A stretch of DNA of 64,000 nt from Octopus sinensis (taxonomy: Eukaryota). Below, piece after piece: positions 53,055 to 64,000 of the stretch. The stretch lies in assembly GCF_006345805.1 (NCBI RefSeq), contig NC_042998.1, positions 200,818,001 through 200,882,000 on the forward strand, given 5' to 3'. How positions within the stretch are numbered: the first letter of the stretch is position 1; each line of letters opens with the position of its first letter. Under the pieces are notes generated by a model, which was not told the DNA's origin, did not search any database, and saw only the letters and a program-made list of their open reading frames with translations. A program made the translations under genes and the position numbers.

Positions 53055-54267
53055 ACTGTTATTACTAGGAGCCTGTAATATGTGGCACTTGGTGAAGCAT
53101 GGAGTTTGATATAGCTACCCTCATTTGCACCTCTTGCTGTGAGGTAGGTTTATCTGGGACTCACGACAGGATGTGGTCCAGCTTTGATTTAAAAGCCCCT
53201 TCATCTACTTTGTCCAAATTTCTCAGACTCTTCGGGACAATATTAAAACGCTGTTGTCCCTTGAAACTCAGGCTGATGCAATAACTGGTACTGAAGCGTG
53301 ATGGCATTGCTGGGACATTTGGTACTATGCAGTATCGTCCCGTTCTGGTATTGGTGTAGCTTTCAATGCCAAAATTTGGCACAATTTCTTGCAGGATCTT
53401 TCAGATATATATTACTGCATACCTTTCCCGTCTTCTGTCCAGGGAGTAAAATCTTAACTGTTTCAACCATTCCCAGTAGTTGAGCAGTTGCAAAGAGACG
53501 ATCTTCTTTGTGAATCTTCTCTGGATTGCTTCAAGCTCCGCTGTTAATTTCCCACTGGTGTGTGACCATAACTGTGAGCAGTAATCCAGACGGCTGAGGA
53601 CAAATGTCCGCCAAAGGACCATCATGGTTTCCTTATCTCTAGTTATGTATGTTCTTAGGATCCATCCAGCCAGTCATTTGCATTTTGCCGCCATCCTGGT
53701 ATTGTGCACTTGGAAAGAGGTATCATCACTCATGTTGATACCAAAGTCCCTCACTGACTTAGGCTCTGGGGTTGAAATTCCCTGTGGACCGGTGTACCCT
53801 GTAAGTTTCATATTCAGTTTGGATGCTGGTAGCGCAGGGATTGGAACTTTTCAGCATTAAACTGTATATTATTATCCTCAGCTCATCTCTATATTGTGTC
53901 CAACTCCTGCAGCTGGTATGCCTGTATTTTCTGCGAGACTTCCGTATCATCTACATAGCTGGCAAGGGTGGATATCCGGGCACCTCAGGGCATATCTGAG
54001 AGGGCCACTATAAAAATCAATGGTCCCAAGACAGTGCTCTGTGGAACACCGGTCACTATTTGCGTGTTCATAGAGGTGGCTCCATTAGCCACTAATGCCT
54101 GACTCCTATCTTTCAGGAAGTCGTGTAAACACTCTCCAAGTTTTCCAGCTATGACAAGGTCACGCAGGTTGTGGCATATCATACCATGATCCACCTTTTC
54201 AAAAGCTTTTGCAAAATCAAGGTATATTACGTCCACATTTGATTTGCTGAGTAACTGCCTCAACACC
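53055..54267 (-). mobile_element. 5'-truncated CR1/L2-clade LINE with RT domain and 3' end, pseudogenised
   Basis: VDVIYLDFAKAFEKVDHG; GVPQSTVLGPLIF; SYVDDT; FVLSRLDYCSQLWS; YSLDRRRERY. Confidence 0.9.
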
Positions 54268-55419
54268 TGTATTATTGGTAATAATATAAAACAAATTTGC
54301 TTTATTATTTCTATTACAATTATTTAAACCAGCAATAAGGAGATAAAGAAACAAATGATATTGGTCCAAACATAGACATTCAAGTATTAGGAATTAATGA
54401 ACTAGACCTTGTTCACTGCATAATATTTATTCTAAGATAATTTAGGAAGGAATACAAAAGACGGATTATATTAATAACGCAAACGGAAAACAAAATTAAA
54501 TAAAAATCCTAATGTGTATCTATGTTATTCAATAATGCAACAGAATATTTCTTTTTTTATAATATAGTAACTAATAAAGCCTGATATCAGAATAAACCTC
54601 ACAATATCTGCTGCTAGAAAAAAATAGTTATAATGTATATTCTTCAGGATTACATACTGGGCGAATAATAAAAGGAAGGTAATACGAATAATTAAAAAAT
54701 GAGATGATGATAACTGGATTGAAATAATCATATCAAATAAACGTTGGGATGATAAACAGCGTGGAGAGTATGAGAAAGCAACACGAGAGATTTCATATAT
54801 AAAACACGATAAAAGTAATGAAAGTAAAAGACGATACACGATTAGTCTTGTTGAGATGTGAAGGAATCAAAATCGAAGCCGAAGCTGGGTTCTGTGCTTT
54901 TCCCTTTTTTTAAAGAGAGATTCAAGTCTAAAGGTTTTCCAGCGGGGACTCCCAAAGTATATAATAAAGGACAAGGTTAAATTGAAAGAAAAATTAAATA
55001 AAGTAACATAATGGTAGTTGCTAAAGAACGTATCAATTGAAATGGGCAACAATATATTTTTGAATTAAGTGTAGATTATCCAAATGTCAAAATCGGAATA
55101 TAAAGACCAGACCAGCAAATTGATGAATTAGAAAATAGATGGTAATATTATAATGAAGTTTTCTTAATATAAGCACGAGTCATTACAAGTGTTGATTGTT
55201 TAAACACACGCTTTCAGAATGATTAATTTTATAAGCGCGATATACATGAAATGTTTCTTAAATAATCCTAATATTTAATTTATATTTCTTAAATTTATGC
55301 TAATATTTAATTTATATTAAACATACCAATATCAGAAGGATGAAAGGAAAAGATGTCATGAACGATATCAAATGTTTATTTGTGAAATGCAGACATTTGA
55401 TTTTATCGAAGAAACTACT

Positions 55420-56700
55420 TGACTGTTTCTAGCAGTAACTACGGCGGTAGCATGAACATTACAGACGACAATGTTTTCATATGTCTTCACAGTATAACGG
55501 GCCATGACGACATACCGAATATTATTTTCTTCACCCGCAAATTATTTTCCTGTTCGAATGTAGAAAATCTATCCCGAAAAGGATATTATATGAATGAATA
55601 TAATAGAATCAGCTAAATAATGCAAGAACAAAAGTGACGGCAAATAACATTTATAAACAGAATAATTCTCAAACAGAAATAGAAATTGTTGCTATTTGTC
55701 AGTTGCGAAAAAAAAAAAAGACGACATACAAAAAGATTAATACTAAAAGAAGAAACAAAAATAAGTCTAAACGTGAAATAAAAAAATAAAACAAAATAGA
55801 TAAAAAGAAAAAAATTACTCTGAATAAGAAAGTGAAAAATTAAAAATATATATATAACATGAATGTAAAGATGATAAATGAGAAAAGAGAAAAATATGTT
55901 AATTTAGCATCGACGGTAAACTAAATAGAAGAGATAAGAATTCAAATTGTTTACCAAGAAAAATCTGGGAGTGGTTGGCAGTATTATAACTTTTGTTCTT
56001 TTTAATGCTTCTTCTGTGATTTGTTTGTTTCAATTATCGCTATCATTATTGTTGTTATTGTTATCATTATATTTATCACCATCACCACCACCACCACCAA
56101 GCCCGGCACCATCATCATCATCAATCACAACATCACAATCATTATCATCATCATCCTCCTCCTCATCATCATCATTGCGCTATTTTCATTATTCGACTTG
56201 ATTTTGCTGTTGCTTTGGAAGTTTTTTCTACACGTTCCATTCTTCTGTCAATATCCTTGCTTCTGTTTCTATTGCTACTACTCATAACTATGTCACTACC
56301 TCTACTGCTACTAACATTATCTATATTAGTAGACTTCTTGCTTTTATCATGCAGTTTTTGTGTGCAGGTTCTTCCACAATATTCTTGACTTCAAAATCTA
56401 TTACGCTCCCAGGATTACGTATAAATTGGTAAACTATAAAAATATATAAATACATTTTTTTTAATCTTTCAGCAACGCAGGATTGGCGTTGGGGAAATAT
56501 TCAATGGGATGTCAATAAAGGAAAATGAGGAGAAATGATACTGTATAGTGTTACCGGTGATTGTGTAAGGTTTCCTTAATAATTTTATTTTTGAAATGGA
56601 AACAAAGAAATAAGTATTGGCAGGAGGTTTTATTCTCGCCAATCCATTATAGTTTGTTGTGAAAAAAACAAAGCATTAGTGGATTACTGTGTTTAGAGAT
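55420..56700 (-). pseudogene. Possible decayed class C GPCR 7TM region, interrupted by microsatellites
   Basis: ENNLRVKKIIFGM (55511-55549) vs the mGluR TM6 lead-in ENFNEAKFIGFTM; ILKSRI (about 56385-56405) vs LLTKTNRI. By-eye only. Confidence 0.3.
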
Positions 56701-57720
56701 ATGGTTGGATAAAATATGTCGTGGCCATAGTACCCAGTGGTGTGGTATGACAATAGCAGTAGTGATAATGAATGTGATATGTACAGACATTACCCCATGA
56801 AATCTCTGATAATTTTTTTTTGAAAAGGCGAATCTTTATCCGAAATATTATAGAATCATTATACAACCATAATCTGGTACCACGACTTCTTTCCTTTTGC
56901 TTTCTTCTATTCACATCGCCATACATATTTATCTCATAAACTTCATGGCTAAACTGTTATCAAATATCTAAATCATTTACTCCAGAAGCAAGCAAGGGTC
57001 AATATTAATAAGCATCAGAAGGCTGGCAGAATCATTAACACACCGGATAAATTATTCGTGCAGTGTTTGAGAAAACGTAAAACTCTCACAGTTTTCTACC
57101 TCGATGCAAATGGGATCTCTTATAGTTTTCTTGACTGGGGTGGGATTACTTTATAGTTTGTTTCTTTCAATAGATTACTTATATAAATGTAACAAATGAT
57201 GCAATACTTCCTTATGTATATTCGGTACTTTTATATTATTTTCTAACAACATGATAATGGAGTCGCGTTCGGTCAAAATTATTGACTTAAGTAGCGTGAG
57301 TGAAAACGTTTAATGTAATATGTGAAAGTGTTTAATTCAAAAACTATTTTGTCTCTATCACATTTCTTTAGATTTCTATTAACATGTTTGTTCTAGAAAT
57401 AACAAGAATGAAGATTTGGAATTAGAATAGTGAAAGAAACCCACTGTATTATATGTCAACATTCGGATATCTTCTACAAACACATATTAATTTTTCTTCA
57501 CTCCTGTGAAAATGCTCTTTAGATTATTCGCACAACTTTTATCTGTTCCTGTTGTTTGTCACAAATATATGCCCGACAGTGTAATTAGTAGCTCCTGGAC
57601 ATATAAGGATTCACACCCGGCAAAAGAAGGAATTTAGCACGTTATAGTGATGCAGAGAAATATTTGACTACTTTCTGCCTAAGTCATAATGTTGATGCTG
57701 CAATTTAATGTTGCAATTAA

Positions 57721-58270
57721 GGCGGCGAGCTAGCAGAAACTTTAGCACGCTGGGCGAATTTCTAAGATCAAATTCTGCCGACGTCGACTTTGCCTTTCAT
57801 CCTTTCGGAGTCGATAAATTAAGTAGCAGTTGCGTACTGAGGTCGATCTACTCGACTGGCTCCCCTCTTCCCCACAAATTCAGGTGGCGAGCTGAGAGAA
57901 ACGTTAGCACGTTGGGCGAAATGGTTTGCGGTATTTCGTCTGCCGCTCCGTTCTCCGTTGAAATTCCGCCGAGGTCGACTTTGCCTTACATCCTTTCGGG
58001 GTCGATAAATTAAGAACCAGATATGCACTGGGTTCGATATAATCGGCTTAATCCGTTTGCCTGTCCTTGTTTGTCCTCTCTGTGTCTATCCCCTTGTGGG
58101 TAGTAAAGAAATAGGTATTTCGTCTGTCTTTACGTTCTGAGTTCAAATTCCGCCGTGGTCGACTTTGCATTTCCTCCTCTCGGAGTCGATAAATTCAATA
58201 CCAGTTGCCTACTGGAGTCGATCTAATCGACTGGCCCCCTCCCCAAAAATATCGGCCTTGTGCCTAGAGT
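57721..58270 (+). mobile_element. Two tandem Meta-like SINEs with heads at 57721 and about 57883
   Basis: ggcggcgagctagcagaaac and ggtggcgagctgagagaaacg heads; repeated body units. Confidence 0.8.
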
Positions 58271-59680
58271 AGAATTGAAACTAATGCTACAATTTAATGA
58301 TTTGTTTCATATTAGACAGACTCTGTAATATCACTCTTTATTCTGATAAAGATATTGAAATTTATTTCTGAAATTTATATACGTATATTTGTTTATATAT
58401 GAGATAGGATAACCTACTTAAACGATTCTTGACATCGGAATCACATTTTAGAGATTGTTCAGAATATCGTAGTAGGAAAACTTAAACAATGAAACAGCTT
58501 CACTCGTTAGTTTATGTTGATATATTACAAATGTGAGAATAAACTTATTTTACAATATGAAGCAAACAGACATTTGAGAGGAGAAATGATAATTAACAAA
58601 GTTGATACGAAACAAGGAAATTTCTTATCAGCTGGATACAGGTGTATAAACAAACTATACATGTTTAGAATTCACTTTCGAGCAGAGATAGAGAGACAGG
58701 TATTGCGGCTTCTTTGTTCTAGTACAACGTCTCATTATTTATTTCCGAGCTACACAGTTTTCACATATAGCTTATACTACAACTATATCTTAGTAATATT
58801 AGATGTGGTAGTTTAACAGCAGATCAGTTCTAATCGCTTAAACAAATGCACAAAAAACAATCAGTGGTGAGCAATGGGCCTGGTGGTTTTGATATAGTTT
58901 ATAAGTAATACATCAACAGATATAGGCCTCCATGTTAATGTGGCAGGGCGATGAGATGGGTGAAGTCATCGTGATATTTTCCTGGATAATATAAAGATTT
59001 ATTTGAGACATTATTCACATGACACATTGTCGTGTAGGCTCAGCATGCTCCAGGGTGTCTCGAAGTTGAAGTAATTAACGTATAAAAGTGCAATGAACTA
59101 ACATAAACTGAATATTCGTCTTATCACATTACCGTGAGCCAACATTAAAATTGGCCACTTTAGGAAGAATATACGGCAAAGAAAAGTTAATAAGATGGAC
59201 AATTAAATGTGTGATTTATCTACTCTGGTTCGGGATATATCCATAATTTGTATTTACTCAACTGCCCAATGGGGCGTGTCAAAGTTTGCCATTGAAGTTA
59301 TTCACAGGGAAGCTTTGCACAAAATTTGCAGACGAATGACGTGACGCAGCAGCAAAAAATAAATAAAACTGATTATTTTGTCATTAACGAAACTGATATT
59401 TATAGATAGCTACTTCAATAAGTCTTTTATGACCTGGAATAATACCCATTTCTAATACCTTAGTGACGAACTGGAAAGATTTCAACATAACAAACACGTC
59501 CTATAAATGAGAATGTTGAAATCAAATTTGGCAAGAAGAGAGCTTTAGCCTCGTGAATTAAATGGTATTGCTTTGTTGCCAGGACTATTAGCTTTATTGT
59601 TAAGACAAGGCACATCGTGGTTTCGTAAGTTTATTCCCCCACATAATACTTTAGCATGTCACCGATCTTTGTAATGTATG

Positions 59681-59726
<46 letters not shown>

Positions 59727-60035
59727 TGTGTGTGTGTGTGTGTGTGTGTAGGTGTATGTGTGTACATATGTGTGTGTACGTTTGTGTGTATGTGAGTGTA
59801 CGTGTATGTGTACGCGTGTGTGTTTATGCATGTGTGCGTGCGGGTATCTCTATGTATACATGTATGTATGTATGTATGTATGTATGTCAGAAAGTATGCA
59901 TGCGCAGTCATATTGATTACAGTAGTCGTATATAGACAGATAGATAGAATGCAAATATATGCCCACGTATGTGCGCATAAATATTTTTATATATATTTAT
60001 ATTTATATATATATATATAATATATATATATATAT

Positions 60036-60293
60036 TGTAAAGTATAGAAGCCATCTTATCATAGCTAACCACATAGGGAGGGGGTGTTACTGTAGCTTTA
60101 TAGCCCCAAGAGATCGTCGTCTCTAGCTGGCTTTAGACACCATATCAGTGCCCTTGAAGTATTTGCAAAGGGAGGCCATCCGTTCCTCGAAAGCCTGGGT
60201 GATACGCTCGGACTAGTTTCGGGGCTATAAAGCTACAGTAACACCCCCTCCCCTATGTGGTTAGCCATGATAAGATGGCTTCTATACTTTACA
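60036..60293. mobile_element. Short element with about 72-bp terminal inverted repeats (MITE-like or PLE-type fold-back)
   Basis: 60036-60107 is the reverse complement of 60221-60293; 113-bp GC-richer core; possible TA flanks. Confidence 0.7.
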
Positions 60294-60562
60294 TTATCGA
60301 GCGATTACTGTTTCAATCTCATTCTGAGATTTAATTATGCTATATATATATATATATATATATACATATAGGGGAAGAATTCACGAAAAAAGCAAAAGAC
60401 GAAGTCAGGTGGTGTAGAAGACAAACATATGTATTAGTATAACGCGCGGGAATTGAAAAAAAATATTTTACGTTTCGAGCCTACGCTCTCCCAAAGAAAG
60501 GAACACCGAAAGGAACAATGAGAGAAAAAAGGTCTGTAGTGGCTACCGATCTATCATGGCGA

Positions 60563-60650
<88 letters not shown>

Positions 60651-60720
60651 AAATATATATATATATATACACACACATATATATATATATAATATATATA
60701 TATATATAGACTTTTATATG

Positions 60721-60765
<45 letters not shown>

Positions 60766-61084
60766 TATATATAGTTAATCCAAACAAGAAAACACAAAAA
60801 AAAACAAAAGAAAAATACAGCAACGCGAGGACGTGGAACCAATAAAGTATTATTGGACGCTCAGGAAAGAAGGGAAGAAGCAACATGCAACAAATTGGTC
60901 ATAAAACGAATGCGTGAGAAGCCCATAGGACTTTTTAGTATTTCAGCATATTTTGCATGATGTTACATAAGGTTATCTGAAGTTGGGGTTTATGTTATAT
61001 CCTTCTCAATGGTAGTAAGAGAAACAAATTTTAACTTTAATGAAATAACGAATAGCATATGCATGTAGATTATTATTGTTTATA

Positions 61085-61597
61085 TCTCTATATATAAAAC
61101 AGTAGTTGCGTGAGTGTCTGTCCCCTTCGATTTAGATTCCTAACTACTCCCACATTTTACGGTGCAGTTTAACCAAATTCGGGTATCTTATAGTCATGAT
61201 TGATATCAAGCCCGTCTGTGTATTAGCGCGCGTCTACGATGAGTCTACGATTTTAAAAATAATTTACCATCATTTTTTATTCCATTTTAATGCATAATTT
61301 TTCGTGTGTCGATGGCGGCGGAGTTGGCGTCCATGGTCACACCTGCACCTGTTTGCTTCTCCCCCTTCTTCCCTCCCTCGTGAAGGTGTAGGGAAGGGAG
61401 TGTAAGGAAATCAACGTCGTAAAGCGTTGTCAAGGAGACCAGCGTTCTTTTAGAACAACGACTTCATGGCTTGAAGACACCAAAACAGAAATGGCTAAGA
61501 AAGCCCGAATTGGCATCTATAAGGGAAGTAACTCTCTAAAAATGCTTATATAGTTATTTCTCTTACAAACCCGAGCAACGCCGGGCGATACTGCTAG
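61085..61597 (+). mobile_element. Non-autonomous Helitron, copy 3, the longest
   Basis: A|TCtctatatataaaac ... cccgagcaacgccgggcgatactgCTAG|T; an extra segment of about 220 bp at about 61297-61518. Confidence 0.8.
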
Positions 61598-62519
61598 TTA
61601 ATTTATAAGAAATAAAAACGACACGTAAAATATTTGCAATAAGTTAACCACAAACATAAACAGGAACACGAATATTTAATTATATATAATACAGCTAGAA
61701 AGGTCAATACGCAATCGCACATGTAGTCAATACTTATTTAAAATTATTTGCAATTTACCTTGTCGACCATCGTATTTAATTCCTTATAAGCTATTCGTGA
61801 AATATATATTTATGTTCGCACCTCAGTTTTGAAATCAGATACCTATGACGCAATGACAATGTCGCAGTTTCCTGTTCCCGCATACTATCGCCTTAGTTAA
61901 TTTTAGATTTGATTTCCTGTATTAATTTTAATATTAATAAAATATGTAGCTCATTTAACAACTCACAATACACATAGAAATACACAAACACACACACACA
62001 CAAATACATATATAGACTTAATCAGAAAAACTGACCGATACACACAGGGTTATAAATACTTATATGTAAATGTAGGACAGAAAGGGAGAACTCTGATAAG
62101 AAGGTATGTGTCTTGCAAACAACTTGCACATGCAAGTGCTACCAGTCAAAAGCTCCGTATACCGGAAGCCAGCAAGTGTATGGGGTCATAAGGAGAGAAT
62201 GCGCGCCGTTTCGGGGCCTATCTCTCGACGGCATCAATGCGTACCGGCCCCCCCTCACTGATATGAGGCCCCGCTTGCTAGATTAGCTGGTTATGAAGTT
62301 AAACTCAATATCCTTCTAGCCATCGCTCATCGTCTCTTTTCAACTAAATCCAGTAGTTATCCTTCTCCACGGTAGTTTGGATATCAGTCATGGCGGTATT
62401 AATAAAGTTAATAAATGTTTGAAAAATATATGGTTAATAAGAATCAAAACAAGACATCATTACAAAAAGAATTTCCCATATATACTACAGCTAATTCATG
62501 AAAATTTCTTTCTAAATCA

Positions 62520-62890
62520 TTGCTTTTAACATTATCAAAGCTGATAAACTTGCAGTTGATTACCGTTTGTTATTGCAATTGCACTTCCTGCTGTAGTTGC
62601 TTTAATACAGTTTTTGTTCTGTTTTTGATATTTTGGGATTTAGCCCTAGAGCAGACCTACTCGAACAGGTATATGATTACAAATATACCAGTCCTTAAGA
62701 ATGATGCGTTTGTTTCACAGATGTTAAGATGTGGGGCACATTTTTCAGACATATTTTGATACGATCTCTAGCTCTTTCTGTGACAGCGTAAAACTCACTC
62801 GCAAACATGAAAGGATGATAATTTTCATGGTGGTCAAGTGGTAGAGCTTCTAGCAAACATCTGTGTTTCAGTGATACAATCATTAATAAA
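62520..62890 (-). pseudogene. Possible decayed class C GPCR Venus-flytrap fragment
   Basis: RCLLEA...PFMFASEF (62791-62814; cf. LLxA...FxWIASDxW), then LNPK...NYSRKCNC. By-eye only. Confidence 0.25.
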
Positions 62891-64000
62891 AATATGTTGA
62901 AAATGATATGAATAAGCTACATAAATTCATAGTCTGATTCATAGGTTATTCGAGTAATGCCATCATTTGATCTATAATTTTTAAGGTACTGTTACTGAAC
63001 AGTAAAACGTTAGCCTATCGTTGATGAAAATAAACCTAAATTATTAGATTAGTTAAAATTTTATTTTTGGATATATAGTTTTTTATAACTTATACACAAT
63101 TTATGGAATTTATGAGAAATAGAAATCATTGAAACCGTAAAATTGTATTGCTTCCTTATTTTATCAAAGCCGGAATGATATACGCTATAGTTCACTTTAC
63201 GAGTATTTAGAGGGACCTAAGTTATAAGCTAAACTTCCAACGCTTAATCCAATTCTAATATATGGTAGTGATATTGATTTTTAAAATTCAGTTAAGGCCA
63301 TAAAATGTAGGAAATGACAAAGTTAATATATATCATTTATGTATATAGTAAATAAGATCGTCCCTAGTACGACGCGTGAAAGATAAAATGAGAAATGATT
63401 TGAACTGATACCCAGATAACTTGATAAGATTTTAACTAAGAGTATGGTAAATAAATTTTGCAATATATTGTTACCAGCGTTGTACCAATTGTGTCTATAA
63501 TGTTAAAATCCAGACTGATTTAATGAAAAGTAGACTTCAATCGATATTGAACTCAGAATCACAAAACAATTTTTATAGTTGTTACTATTAAAGTACCTCT
63601 GTTTATGAAGTCTCCTTATAGTAAATATATATGAACTGCATTAAAAAAATACGATCATTAACACTCTCAAAACATTGTCCATTGTTCTGTTTTCGATTTC
63701 CTTGAGGCAAATGAAATAATATAATGTAAAACATACAGCATAAAATCGAAACTTTCAATTGTTAAAAAAAAGCAATAGCAGCTAAGTACAAGAGCAATAT
63801 ATTATTCATAGACTGAGAGATCTTGGAGACAAACATTACTAAAAATACAAACATATGATCAATTATCGATGGTGTCAAAGTTAAGAAAGGAAGCCCCTAC
63901 AGAATTAAATAAACATATATCGATATTTTTCTTGGAAAAAAGTATGAATTGATATGAATATTTTACTTGAATATGGTACTGGGCGTCGCAGAACAAGATA

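Overview
AT-rich, repeat-dense eukaryotic genomic DNA. It is most consistent with an octopus (cephalopod) genome, inferred from the SINE types and the dense (TA)n/(ATT)n/(GATA)n microsatellites. No intact host gene is visible, and most listed ORFs are microsatellite artefacts. The main element is a young Penelope-like retroelement (46988-51703) with an RT plus C-terminal GIY-YIG ORF broken only by 1-nt indels, direct and inverted pseudo-LTRs, and three hammerhead ribozyme (HHR) motifs. Other mobile DNA includes fragments of RLE-type (Dong/R4-like), CR1-like and RTE-like LINEs, Tc1 and mariner transposase relics, a non-autonomous Helitron family, and several tRNA-derived SINE families. Two less obvious layers stand out. 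(1) Short non-coding fold-back elements sit in (TA)n tracts; two of them encode complete HHRs on both strands with self-complementary stem III, and two further stand-alone HHRs occur. (2) Scattered decayed coding-like segments carry recurring motifs resembling class C GPCR (mGluR/CaSR-like) Venus-flytrap and 7TM domains, suggesting a cryptic pseudogene array; this rests on by-eye matching and is low confidence.
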